Assembly (NCBI GenBank): GCA_964456825.1
Contig: CAYWCR010000012.1
Location: 1,223 to 65,222, forward strand
Reading direction: 5' to 3'
Length of the DNA: 64,000 bases
Source: an uncultured Bacteroidales bacterium
GTDB lineage: Bacteria > Bacteroidota > Bacteroidia > Bacteroidales > UBA10428
Each line of letters begins with the position of its first letter. Positions within the stretch are counted from its first letter, which is position 1. Below the pieces are notes generated by a model. It saw nothing but the letters and a program-made list of their open reading frames with translations. It was not told where the DNA came from and made no database searches. Both the position numbers and the translations under genes were made by a program. Below, in pieces: positions 48,970-58,549 of this stretch.

Positions 48970-50106
48970 ATGATGAATAACGTTTTTATTACTGGAATTT
49001 CAAAGTTTTTGCCGAACAATCCTGTTTCGAATGACGAAATGGAGGAGTACATAGGCATGATCGGTAACAAACCATCCAAAGCCAGAAGAATAGTACTGAG
49101 GAACAACGGGATCACCACGCGGTATTATGCGCTTACAAAAGCGGGGAAACCTACTCACAGTAACGCAGAGCTTGCAGCGAATGCTGTTAATCAATTGTTT
49201 AATGCAGGATTTAAAAAAGACGAACTGGAATTGCTGGTCTGCGGTACTGCAACTCCCGATCAGATTATGCCATCTCATGCTTCGATGGTACACGGTCTGC
49301 TTGATATTCCCAGTATCGAGATTGCTTCTTTTGCCGGATCATGCTGTGCCAGCATGCAGGCATTAAAATATGCCAGGCTCTCAATAGCCGGAGGTAATAC
49401 CCGTAATGCAATTTGTACGGGTTCTGAAATACTCTCCCATTGGATGCTTGCCAAATATTTTGAAAACGAAATAAAAAACGAAGGCAACATTAAAGAAAAT
49501 CCGTTACTGGCCTTCGAGAAGGAGTTTCTGCGGTGGATGCTTTCGGATGGGGCGGGAGCAGTATTGCTCGAAAACAAGCCCTCCGGACCGCATCCCTTGA
49601 AAATTGAATGGATTGAGATAAGATCGTATGCAAATAGGATGGAAACCTGTATGTATGTTGGTGCCGAAAGGGATGGTAACGATAAGTTGTTGGGTTGGTG
49701 CAGGTTTGAACCTGAGGAATGGTTGACAAAATCAATTTTTTCAATGAAACAGGACACCCGGATGTTGGGTGCAAATATTGTTTCGCTGGGGGGACATTTT
49801 CTTAAAGATATTATTCTGAGGCGGGGCCTCGATATTGAAACGGTGGACTTTTTTTTGCCCCATCTCTCTTCAGAATTTTTCAGAGTAAACATTTATTCCG
49901 AACTTAGCCAACTGAATATCCATATTCCTAAAGAGAAGTGGTTCACGAATCTTACAAGAGTCGGAAATGTGGCTACTGCTTCTTTTTTGCTGATGCTTGA
50001 AGAACTGGTAAATACCCGGACGTTGAAGAAGGGGCAGAAAATACTGATACAGGTTCCGGAGAGTGCCAGATTTACTTATGCTTATGCGCTTTTAACCGTT
50101 TGTTAA
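48970..50106 (+). CDS. darB: KAS III-like ketosynthase (DarB-like)
   Basis: Thiolase fold with the nucleophile Cys in FAGSCCASMQALKYA, His in FFLPHLSSEFF and Asn in TRVGNVATASF. Confidence 0.75.
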   Translation: MMNNVFITGISKFLPNNPVSNDEMEEYIGMIGNKPSKARRIVLRNNGITTRYYALTKAGKPTHSNAELAANAVNQLFNAGFKKDELELLVCGTATPDQIMPSHASMVHGLLDIPSIEIASFAGSCCASMQALKYARLSIAGGNTRNAICTGSEILSHWMLAKYFENEIKNEGNIKENPLLAFEKEFLRWMLSDGAGAVLLENKPSGPHPLKIEWIEIRSYANRMETCMYVGAERDGNDKLLGWCRFEPEEWLTKSIFSMKQDTRMLGANIVSLGGHFLKDIILRRGLDIETVDFFLPHLSSEFFRVNIYSELSQLNIHIPKEKWFTNLTRVGNVATASFLLMLEELVNTRTLKKGQKILIQVPESARFTYAYALLTVC

Positions 50107-50117
50107 ACAGAAACCTA

Positions 50118-50549
50118 ATGAAAATTAACGAGGTACCGCAGGATGGAGCTTTTCTGGTTGAGGGCAAGATCCGTGACCTGTGTTATGTGGTTGATGACAA
50201 AGGCCATTATACAAAGGTACTGAGCAAAGGATGGACGCCAAAGAATGATGCCATCAGGCTTGCATGGAATATGATATATGAAAATGCCGAAGAGATCCGG
50301 CGACAGGTTCTTTCCGGCATATTGAGCCCCATTGCGCTTTTTATGGAACTTAATGTCATGGATGTGAGTATTCTGGCGAGTTACACGGGACTGCCCCGGC
50401 GAAAGGTACGAAAGCACCTGAAAATGAAAGGATTCAGAAAACTGTCACCCGAGCATATCCGGAAATATGCCGATGCACTGAATCTTACGGTTGATGAATT
50501 GACTGATATTGAAAGAATCCGCAGGATTGAGATCAAACATGAAAATTAA
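50118..50549 (+). CDS. Small HTH-like protein, paralogue 1
   Basis: The C-terminal half SILASYTGLPRRKVRKHLKMKGFRKLSPEHIRKYADALNLTVDEL resembles an XRE-type HTH. Paralogous to 59972-60484. Overlaps the next gene by 11 nt. Start taken at ATG 50118. Confidence 0.6.
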   Translation: MKINEVPQDGAFLVEGKIRDLCYVVDDKGHYTKVLSKGWTPKNDAIRLAWNMIYENAEEIRRQVLSGILSPIALFMELNVMDVSILASYTGLPRRKVRKHLKMKGFRKLSPEHIRKYADALNLTVDELTDIERIRRIEIKHEN

Positions 50550-51540
50550 TTTTCATCACAGCCAGGCTGCACATTGTGAGAACGGTGTGACATCCAATCT
50601 TTTAAGATTTCATGGCATTAACCTGAGTGAACCCATGATCTTTGGTATCGGATCAGGATATTTCTTTTCCCACATGCCCTTTTACAAGCTCAACGGCATG
50701 GCTGTGACTTCCTTCAGGGTATGGCCCGGCCTGATTTTCAGCCGCGTTACCCGCAGGTTGAATATTACCGTCAGGCGCAGAAAATTCAGCAATCCCGGTA
50801 AAGCCATGCAGGAACTTGACCGGATGCTTGATAAGGGAATCCCGGTAGGCATGCTGGTGGGTGTTTTTCACCTGCCTTATTTTCCCAAAGAATACAGATT
50901 CCATTTTAATGCGCACAATATTACAGTTTTTGGCAGGGAAGGCGATCATTACCAGGTAAGCGATCCGGTGATGGAAAACATGGAGAAACTTACCTCGGAA
51001 GAGCTTAAAGCAGTGAGGTATGCAAAGGGAACTCATCCGCCCCAAGGCCGGATGTATTACATCACCAGCCTGCCTGGTCAGATTGACATCAAACCAGCCA
51101 TCATCAGGGGTATCCATAAGACTGCCAGCGATATGCTCACGATTCCCCTGCCGATGTTTGGTGTTAAGGGTATCCGGTACCTGGCAAAAAGAATGCGAAA
51201 GTGGCCGGAAAAATATGGTAATAAATTCGCTGCACTCAATCTCAGCCAGGTGGTCCGCATGCTCGAGGAAATCGGCACAGGCGGTGCCGGTTTCCGGTTC
51301 ATCTATGCTGCCTTTTTACAGGAGAGTGCAGAGGTCCTCGGCAAACCCTGGCTGAATGAAGCCAGCAAGGACATGACGGAAATCGGTGACGCATGGCGTG
51401 AGTTCGCCTATCAGTCAGGCCGGCATTTCAAAAACCGGAATAACGGAGATATATCCTATGATTCACTTGCAGATAGACTGATGATAATTGCCGACATGGA
51501 AGAAAAGGTCTTTGAACAACTCAGGTCATTAAGGCCATGA
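50539..51540 (+). CDS. BtrH_N-domain (papain-like Cys fold) protein, paralogue 1
   Basis: N-terminal AAHCENG...SEPMIFGIGSGYFF is typical of the butirosin BtrH N-terminal domain. Candidate His (NAHNITVFG) and Asp (VSD). C-terminal GTGGAGFRFIYAAFLQE block. Start at MKINFHH. Confidence 0.7.
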   Translation: MKINFHHSQAAHCENGVTSNLLRFHGINLSEPMIFGIGSGYFFSHMPFYKLNGMAVTSFRVWPGLIFSRVTRRLNITVRRRKFSNPGKAMQELDRMLDKGIPVGMLVGVFHLPYFPKEYRFHFNAHNITVFGREGDHYQVSDPVMENMEKLTSEELKAVRYAKGTHPPQGRMYYITSLPGQIDIKPAIIRGIHKTASDMLTIPLPMFGVKGIRYLAKRMRKWPEKYGNKFAALNLSQVVRMLEEIGTGGAGFRFIYAAFLQESAEVLGKPWLNEASKDMTEIGDAWREFAYQSGRHFKNRNNGDISYDSLADRLMIIADMEEKVFEQLRSLRP

Positions 51541-52292
51541 CATCTGCAAACAGGGTTATTACCATTGAAGGCCTGACCAAGGTATATAAAGGAAGCACCA
51601 GGCCTGCACTGAACAACGTGAGCCTTGACGTTGCAAGAGGTCATATCCTCGGTCTGCTCGGACCGAACGGGGCGGGTAAGACTACTATGATCAGGATCCT
51701 TTGCGGCTTGCTTTCTCCAACTTCCGGTGAGATATACATCAACAGCTTTTCCGTAAGGAGGCAATTGCATGAGATTCGCAGGATCATTGGTGTGGTGCCA
51801 CAGGAAATAGCCTTATATCCTAGCCTTACTGCATACGAAAATCTTTCGGTTTACGGAGGTATTTGCGGACTCAAGGGCTGGACCCTGGAACAACGTATTG
51901 ACGAATTGCTCCCGGTATTCGGTCTTGAGAAAAGCCTTCACAACAAAGTGATCCATTTTTCCGGTGGAATGAAACGGAGGCTGAATCTTATGGTTGGCTT
52001 GTTGCATAACCCCCAGATCCTCTTTCTTGATGAACCCACCGTAGGCGTAGATGTGCAATCAAAAAAAGTGATCCTGGAGAACCTGGTGGCCATTAACCGT
52101 GCAGGCACCACCATGATTTATACCTCACATTATCTTGAGGAAGCTGAGAACCTTTGTACCGACATCGCCATTATTGACGAGGGACAGATCATCATCCAGG
52201 GATCCATGGATGAAATCAGAAATTCCGGCAGGTTTTCCGGTTCTCTGGAGGAGATTTTTATTGCATTGACCGGGAAGGCACTCAGAGATTAA
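51537..52292 (+). CDS. ABC transporter ATP-binding protein, copy 1
   Basis: Walker A GPNGAGKTT, signature SGGMKRRL, Walker B ILFLDEPT. ATGA overlap with the upstream gene. Confidence 0.9.
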   Translation: MTSANRVITIEGLTKVYKGSTRPALNNVSLDVARGHILGLLGPNGAGKTTMIRILCGLLSPTSGEIYINSFSVRRQLHEIRRIIGVVPQEIALYPSLTAYENLSVYGGICGLKGWTLEQRIDELLPVFGLEKSLHNKVIHFSGGMKRRLNLMVGLLHNPQILFLDEPTVGVDVQSKKVILENLVAINRAGTTMIYTSHYLEEAENLCTDIAIIDEGQIIIQGSMDEIRNSGRFSGSLEEIFIALTGKALRD

Positions 52293-52301
52293 TAAAGGCA
52301 T

Positions 52302-53573
52302 ATGCTGGCAAAACTGATCTATAAAGACATACTGGTGCTCATTCGTGACAGGAGCGGACTGGCCATGTTATTCATCATGCCGCTGGCACTGGTCCTCATT
52401 ATGACAAGCCTGCAGGATTCAACTTTCAGATCCATGAATGAACGCGGAATAAGCCTGCTGCTGCTAAATCATGATAACGATTCCATGGGACTTGCCATAG
52501 AAAGGGAAATAAAGGCTTCTGATATCTTTTCCGTTCATCAACCGGCAAACATCAAAGAATATACCGATCAGCAGGTAAAGGAAGCAATTGCTTCCGGGCA
52601 TTACCAGATCGGTTTGATTATCCCGCCCAATGCCACACAAAAGATCCGGAACCGTGTAAAAGAAAATCTGACAACAGTTCTGTCCGGCGCCAGCATCATC
52701 CATAATGCTTCCGATTCCATTACTTTTGTGGTTTATTTGGACCCGGCGACCCGGTCTACGCTTCGCTCAACAGTGGAGGTTTCGGTTCGTGAACTGGCCT
52801 CACGGATTGAATCACAAATTGTTTTAAGCGAGCTGGCGAAAGAAATCGGCGCCCGCATGATGATCCCTCTAACAGACCCGGGACTGTTAAGACAGAAATC
52901 TGTATTTTACAGGGAAGAATATGCTGTCAAAGGAAATAAAAAGGCTATACCGGATTCTGTGCAACATAATGTTTCAGCCTGGACACTTTTTGCCATGTTC
53001 TTCATCGGAATTCCCTTTGCCGGAGCCATGATCAAGGAAAGAGAAGAGGGCAGCCTGGCGCGTCTGCTCACGATGCCGTGCTCGTATGGTTCCATCATGA
53101 TCAGCAAGGTGCTCGTTTACCTGTTCGTTTGTTATGTGCAGTTCATCCTGATCATGGGCATGGGGATCTACTTATTCCCGTTGCTTAAGCTTCCCGCTTT
53201 AATTATGGACGGACGGTTGGGGACACTTTCCGTAATGGCCATAACGGTTGCACTGGCTGCAATAGGATACGGAATTGCGATAGGGACAATAGCCAGGACT
53301 CATCAGCAGGCTTCCATATTTGCTTCCATCTCAGTGGTCATACTGGCTGCCATTGGCGGAATCTGGGTGCCCATCTTTATGATGCCCCCTTTGTTTCGCC
53401 ACATAAGCAAGGTATCTCCCCTGAACTGGGGATTGAACGGTTTCTACGATATCCTTATACGGGGTTCCGGCCTTCAGGATATTATTCCCTATATGGTATA
53501 CTTGTTGATTTTTACTGCCGGCTGTCTGCTGTTGTCCTTGTATTATCAAAAACTCAGAAAGGAAAATACCTGA
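52302..53573 (+). CDS. ABC-2 type transporter permease, copy 1
   Basis: N-terminal TM helix, a large extracytoplasmic loop, then five C-terminal TM helices. 9 nt after the ATPase gene. Confidence 0.8.
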   Translation: MLAKLIYKDILVLIRDRSGLAMLFIMPLALVLIMTSLQDSTFRSMNERGISLLLLNHDNDSMGLAIEREIKASDIFSVHQPANIKEYTDQQVKEAIASGHYQIGLIIPPNATQKIRNRVKENLTTVLSGASIIHNASDSITFVVYLDPATRSTLRSTVEVSVRELASRIESQIVLSELAKEIGARMMIPLTDPGLLRQKSVFYREEYAVKGNKKAIPDSVQHNVSAWTLFAMFFIGIPFAGAMIKEREEGSLARLLTMPCSYGSIMISKVLVYLFVCYVQFILIMGMGIYLFPLLKLPALIMDGRLGTLSVMAITVALAAIGYGIAIGTIARTHQQASIFASISVVILAAIGGIWVPIFMMPPLFRHISKVSPLNWGLNGFYDILIRGSGLQDIIPYMVYLLIFTAGCLLLSLYYQKLRKENT

Positions 53574-53778
53574 CTGCCGGTGGCCACGAAAGGTAAATCT
53601 TCAGTCATTGGATCGGGCATGATCTCGTTGTTAATTCCAAATTGACAGGCCGGGATTATTTTATATCTTAACTTTATGTAAAATTGTACAATTTTTGTCG
53701 GTTGAAATGTTTTGACCGCTTTTAAACCAAACAAGCCTGATAATTGTTTTTAGTAGCAGACTCTTAAATAACCTAAGG

Positions 53779-54042
53779 ATGATGGAAGAATTAATTATTC
53801 AGCTTAAAAAAGATATCATTGAAGCGCTTTCACTTGAAGATGTTGTTCCGGATGATTTCGATGCAGACACACCGCTTTTTGTTGAAGGACTGGGTTTGGA
53901 TTCCATCGATGCACTGGAATTGATCTTGCTGATGGAGAGAAAATATCAGGTTAAAATAGAGGATCCCAAAGAACGTCGCACTGTATTGCGCAATGTCAGA
54001 GCTATGGCAGAATGCATCCAGCAAAATAAAATCAAGCAATAA
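53779..54042 (+). CDS. Acyl carrier protein 1
   Basis: 87 aa. Phosphopantetheine attachment motif LGLDSIDALEL. Confidence 0.85.
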   Translation: MMEELIIQLKKDIIEALSLEDVVPDDFDADTPLFVEGLGLDSIDALELILLMERKYQVKIEDPKERRTVLRNVRAMAECIQQNKIKQ

Positions 54043-54044
54043 GA

Positions 54045-55235
54045 ATGCCACAGAGGGTTTTTGTGACCGGCGTTGGAATAATTTCGGCAACGGGAAATGG
54101 CACCGGGGAAAACCTTGCATCTTTTTATGATTTACGAACGGGTATCGGCAACCTTTCGCATCTTGCCTCTGTTCACAGCCATATTCCCGTTGCTGAGGTC
54201 AATCAATCAAATGAAGGCCTTGCGGAAATCGCGGGAGCGGATTTAACGGAGGGGAAATACTCGCGCAATACCCTGCTGGCATTGATTGCCTCACAACAAG
54301 CATTTGCAGATGCCGGATCACCGGATTTGTCAGGCAGACGCACCGGCATCATTTTTGCTACCACAACAGGCGGCATGGATTTGAACGAACGTTATTATAA
54401 ATCACTGCTGCAGGAAGGTACGTTTAAAGATTACATCCCTTTTTTTGATAGTGCTGATTGTACCGAGAGAATAGCAAGTTATTTCGGCGTCAGGCATAAC
54501 ATTACAACCATTTCTACAGCCTGTTCATCTTCCGCAAATGCTATTATGCATGGTGTCAGGATGATACGCAATCATAATGTCCACAGGATACTGGTCGGAG
54601 GGGCTGATGCCATCACCCGGTTCACCCTGAATGGTTTTTTAGCCCTTGAAATTGTGTCTCCTACCGGATGCAGGCCTTTTGACCAGTTCCGGAATGGGCT
54701 CACGATAGGTGAAGGGGCTGCCGCCCTAATGCTTGAATCGGAAGAAATGGCGGATCCTTCGAGGATAATCTGCGAGATTACCGGGTATGCCAATGTAAAT
54801 GAAGCCTATCATCAGACATCCTCCTCTGCGGATGGCATGGGTGCTATGATGGCCATGCAGCAGGCATTGGAAATTGCAGGCCTGCATGATCATGATATCA
54901 GCTATATAAATGCCCATGGAACAGGAACTGAAATCAATGACTTGTCAGAAGGCAGGGCGATCGAACATGTTTTTCAGGGAGGCATACCGCCGGTAAGCTC
55001 AACCAAGGCATTCACGGGTCATACATTGGGCGCTGCAGGCGCAGTTGAAGCCGTATTTGCGGTGTTATCCATCCGGCATCAGATCATCCTGCCGGGCATC
55101 AACTGTTTGAATCCGATGCCTGAATTAACATTCCGGCCACCGGCCAGCGTTCTGAAAGCTGTTGTTAACCATGTCATTTCCAATTCATTTGGATTCGGAG
55201 GGAACAATACATCCCTGATATTTTCGAAAGCCTAA
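54045..55235 (+). CDS. Beta-ketoacyl-ACP synthase (KS-alpha, FabF-like)
   Basis: Active-site Cys in ISTACSSSANAI. His residues in INAHGTGTE and FTGHTLGAAG. C-terminal SNSFGFGGNN. Confidence 0.9.
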   Translation: MPQRVFVTGVGIISATGNGTGENLASFYDLRTGIGNLSHLASVHSHIPVAEVNQSNEGLAEIAGADLTEGKYSRNTLLALIASQQAFADAGSPDLSGRRTGIIFATTTGGMDLNERYYKSLLQEGTFKDYIPFFDSADCTERIASYFGVRHNITTISTACSSSANAIMHGVRMIRNHNVHRILVGGADAITRFTLNGFLALEIVSPTGCRPFDQFRNGLTIGEGAAALMLESEEMADPSRIICEITGYANVNEAYHQTSSSADGMGAMMAMQQALEIAGLHDHDISYINAHGTGTEINDLSEGRAIEHVFQGGIPPVSSTKAFTGHTLGAAGAVEAVFAVLSIRHQIILPGINCLNPMPELTFRPPASVLKAVVNHVISNSFGFGGNNTSLIFSKA

Positions 55236-55236
55236 G

Positions 55237-56310
55237 ATGAAAGCATATATTACGGCAAACGGCATTATTTCCCCACAACATACCCATGATGCGACGGGGT
55301 TGCCCGGTCATTTTGAGACCCGGATATCAAACCGGCTTACCTGCATCGAACCCGATTACCGTACCCTGATAAACCCAATTCTATTAAGGCGAATGCCCAG
55401 GATCTTGAAGATGGGACTGGCCTCTTCGCAATTGTGTATCAACCGGTCTGGAAACATTCAGCCGGATGCGATCATTGTGGGTACCGGATTGGGATGTTTG
55501 CATAATCTTGAGCAATTTCTAACGGAAATGCTGTCGAATAATGAGCATATAACCAGTGTCCTTCCTTTTATCAACTCAACCCACAATGCTGTAGCTTCGC
55601 AAATAGCCATGCTGTTGAAAAACCATAACTACAATTTGACCTATTGTCACCGCGGATTTTCATTTGAAAGTGCATGTTTGGACGCCCTGATGCACCTTGC
55701 GGAAAAGCATGCTGAACATATTCTGGTTGGAGGGATCGACGAATGCACGGAGGATTTCATGAATCTGCATGGATATCTGGAATACTGGAAACATCCGGTT
55801 GATACGCTTGGTCTGTTGAATAATAAGACCACCGGAACAATTGCCGGGGAGGGTTCTGCTTTTTTCATGTTGTCGCGTGAATCAGGAAATAATGCGTCTA
55901 TTGCCCTCCGGGGGGTTCATACCTTTGTTACTTCCGATGATGCGCCTGCTCATGAAATTGAATCGGAAATAGATTATTTTATACAGGATAAAGGCCTCCA
56001 TCAGGATTGCCTTGACCTGGTAATTCTCGGAATGAATGGCGATGTTCGGTATGACAAGATTTACGATTATCTCCGGCAATCTTATTTTACCGGCAAAACG
56101 GGTTTTGCCGTGTACAAACCCCTGTGCGGAGAGTATTATACTTCCTCTGCCTTTGCTTTATGGCTTGCCACGGTTGTGCTGAATCAACAGATGGTACCCG
56201 CCCCGGTGTGCCTGTCTCCTGCCGCACCAGTGATGATTAAAAATGTTATGATATACAATCATATCCGTAATGTTGAGCATACCCTGATGCTGGTAACGGC
56301 TGATGGATGA
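55237..56310 (+). CDS. KS-beta / chain-length-factor-like ketosynthase homologue lacking the catalytic Cys
   Basis: Thiolase-fold size and position. The nucleophile-elbow region reads INSTHNAVASQIA, with no Cys. The start is 1 nt after the KS stop. Confidence 0.7.
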   Translation: MKAYITANGIISPQHTHDATGLPGHFETRISNRLTCIEPDYRTLINPILLRRMPRILKMGLASSQLCINRSGNIQPDAIIVGTGLGCLHNLEQFLTEMLSNNEHITSVLPFINSTHNAVASQIAMLLKNHNYNLTYCHRGFSFESACLDALMHLAEKHAEHILVGGIDECTEDFMNLHGYLEYWKHPVDTLGLLNNKTTGTIAGEGSAFFMLSRESGNNASIALRGVHTFVTSDDAPAHEIESEIDYFIQDKGLHQDCLDLVILGMNGDVRYDKIYDYLRQSYFTGKTGFAVYKPLCGEYYTSSAFALWLATVVLNQQMVPAPVCLSPAAPVMIKNVMIYNHIRNVEHTLMLVTADG

Positions 56311-56371
56311 CTAGCAGAGACAAAAGGCCATGCCGCTCTGAAACCGGTTGCAGGTTACCGGTTACCTTCTT

Positions 56372-57463
56372 CTACATCTTCTCTGCCTCAATCAGGCTGA
56401 GCGGCGCAACCGTCCGGCGGATCTTTCGTATCCGGAATCCGGCTTTTTGGAGCAGGGCGGAATACTCAGCTTTGGTCCTTTCCTTTCCTCCGACGGCCAC
56501 CATCATCAGCACATCAGACATTTTGCCAAAGGAAGGCCGGTTACCCGCTGGGATGATCGATTCCATGATCAACAGTCTCGATCCGGCGGACATGGCTTTG
56601 CGCAGATTGCTGAGTATTTTCAGACATGCCTCATCCGCCCAGTCATGCAAAACACTTTTAAGCATGTACAGGTCCCCTCCTTCGGGTAAACTTTCGAAAA
56701 AGCTGCCGGCTATGAATTTGCACCGGTCAGCAATACCATATTGCTCAATCATTTCCATGGCCTGGCCTTGCGCCTGCGGCAGATCAAATACTATGCCCCT
56801 GCACCCGGGGAATTTATTCAGCACCGAAGCCATCATCAGGCCTTGCCCACCGCCTATATCAAAAATATTCCTGTAGGGCCGGAATGAATATACGGATAAA
56901 ATGGCGGCAACCTGCATCATGGATGCACTGGTCATGGCTTTTATGAACAATTCATTACGCTTTTCATCCGCTCCTATATGATCAAAAAGAGCATGGCCGG
57001 TAAAAAGTTCAGCAGCATTTTTGCCCGTTCGAACGCAATAGGCGAGTTCACTGAACATGTTATAATGCAATTTGGTCAGGTGACCGGTGATAAGATATTT
57101 TAACTGTTCTTCCTGTAACGCTTTTGCCAGGGGTGTCAGAAAGAAGATCCGGTCGACATGTTCCCTGAATACATCATGCGATGCCAGCATCCGCATAAGC
57201 CTGTACAGTGATTCTTCATCCGAGCCGGTCTGCGAAGCCAGTTCACCGATGGGTTTTGGTCCCTTCTTTAAGATATCTGCAATACCTAATTCGGCTGCTA
57301 CTCCAATAGCCGACGCCAGCCAGAAATGATGGACCATTTCAAAAACGGCCACATTAGGATGAGTGAACTTCCTGTATAATCGTAAAAAAAAGGACCGCAT
57401 CCTTTCCGTTATGCTGACAAAAAACAAGGGTGGATAATGCGGAAATTCCGGGCTCTTCTTCAT
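56372..57463 (-). CDS. SAM-dependent O-methyltransferase (COMT / Methyltransf_2-like)
   Basis: SAM motif I IFDIGGGQG. N-terminal dimerisation/winged-helix-like region. DLYMLKSVLHDW block. It is the only reverse-strand gene in the cluster. Confidence 0.8.
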   Translation of the reverse strand: MKKSPEFPHYPPLFFVSITERMRSFFLRLYRKFTHPNVAVFEMVHHFWLASAIGVAAELGIADILKKGPKPIGELASQTGSDEESLYRLMRMLASHDVFREHVDRIFFLTPLAKALQEEQLKYLITGHLTKLHYNMFSELAYCVRTGKNAAELFTGHALFDHIGADEKRNELFIKAMTSASMMQVAAILSVYSFRPYRNIFDIGGGQGLMMASVLNKFPGCRGIVFDLPQAQGQAMEMIEQYGIADRCKFIAGSFFESLPEGGDLYMLKSVLHDWADEACLKILSNLRKAMSAGSRLLIMESIIPAGNRPSFGKMSDVLMMVAVGGKERTKAEYSALLQKAGFRIRKIRRTVAPLSLIEAEKM

Positions 57464-57584
57464 GCGGTGAATTGCTTATTTTATACAAACATAAAGAAAG
57501 GTGGGCTTATTTTTTGAACTTTTGAACCTAAATCGCATATTTGTCTCAGCAAATCGGATTGTCTGTTTCTTATCGCTACTATAC

Positions 57585-58337
57585 ATGAGCCCTGATCCTG
57601 CTATTATTGCCACGAATCTGAAAAAGCGATATAAAGGTTCAGAAGAGGAGGCTTTGAAAGGCATAAACCTGACCCTGCAACCGGGCGATTTTTTTGGATT
57701 ATTGGGGCCCAATGCTGCCGGCAAGTCAACCTTAATCGCCATACTGTGCGGTGTTATGGGATACTCTTCCGGTGAGGTTAAGATTTTTGGAAAAGCGGTT
57801 GACCGGCATGCTGATGGGTTGAAAACAAAGATTGGTCTTGTCCCGCAGGAAATAGCCCTGTACCCGTCACTTACGGTATTGGAAAATATACTTTTTTTTG
57901 GCAGGATGCACGGATTATCGGGGAAAAACCTGCAACAAAAGACGGATGAATGGTTGGCAACATTTCATCTGGCTGAACACAGCAACAAACTGATATCAAA
58001 ATGCTCAGGAGGAATTAAAAGGCGCGTGAATCTTATTACTGGCATTCTGCATGAGCCATCGCTGATCCTGCTGGATGAACCCACTTTAGGGGTTGACACC
58101 CAGCTGCGCTCCATGATCTTTGATTATCTGATAGCGTTGAACAAAGCCGGCACTACAATCCTATACACCACCCATTATATGGAGGAGGCAGAATTACTAT
58201 GCAACCGGGTTGGTATTATGGACCACGGGCTGATCATCACCGAAGGAAGACCTATGCATCTGATAGCTGCCATGCCCGGATGCAATACGCTGGGACAGCT
58301 GTTTTTAAATCTGACTGGCAGGGATTTGAGGGATTAA
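57585..58337 (+). CDS. ABC transporter ATP-binding protein, copy 2
   Basis: Walker A GPNAAGKST, signature SGGIKRRV, Walker B LILLDEPT. Start taken at MSPDPAII (57585). Confidence 0.9.
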   Translation: MSPDPAIIATNLKKRYKGSEEEALKGINLTLQPGDFFGLLGPNAAGKSTLIAILCGVMGYSSGEVKIFGKAVDRHADGLKTKIGLVPQEIALYPSLTVLENILFFGRMHGLSGKNLQQKTDEWLATFHLAEHSNKLISKCSGGIKRRVNLITGILHEPSLILLDEPTLGVDTQLRSMIFDYLIALNKAGTTILYTTHYMEEAELLCNRVGIMDHGLIITEGRPMHLIAAMPGCNTLGQLFLNLTGRDLRD

Positions 58338-58500
58338 TGGGAAGAAGAGGAAGAGAGACAGAGAGACTGAGAGAAAGAGGGATGGAGAGAGGGGATAAGT
58401 GGCAGGAGGCAGCGGCAGTAAACAGGAAGCAGTAGCAGTAGGCAGCGGAAGAAAATTCGGAAATCGAAAATCAACTATGGTAAATCGCAGATCAAAATAG
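58338..58500. repeat. Low-complexity spacer: about 90% purine tract, then GGCAG/AGCAG words, then AAATC words
   Basis: 58339-58400 has 6 pyrimidines in 62 nt. 58401-58446 contains GCAG seven times. 58451-58497 reads ggaaatcgaaaatcaac...taaatcgcagatcaaaa. Confidence 0.85.
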
Positions 58501-58549
58501 AACCAGGACATATAACTGTAAACGTATTTAGGAAACCGAATAGCTTGTA

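Noticed and set aside
49275-49892. 205-aa minus-strand ORF inside the cluster
   Set aside because: Antisense to the KAS III/DarB-like gene, whose catalytic motifs are intact on the plus strand. No recognisable features.
56307-56876. 189-aa plus-strand ORF that would extend the plus-strand operon after the CLF-like gene
   Set aside because: Antisense to the O-methyltransferase, whose SAM-binding motif (IFDIGGGQG) is encoded on the minus strand. The plus-strand translation is Ser/Pro/Arg-rich with no motifs.
58337-58435. 32-codon highly charged mini-ORF (MGRRGRETERLRERGMERGDKWQ...) in the purine tract
   Set aside because: Its composition is dictated by the GA-rich repeat. There is no independent evidence of coding.
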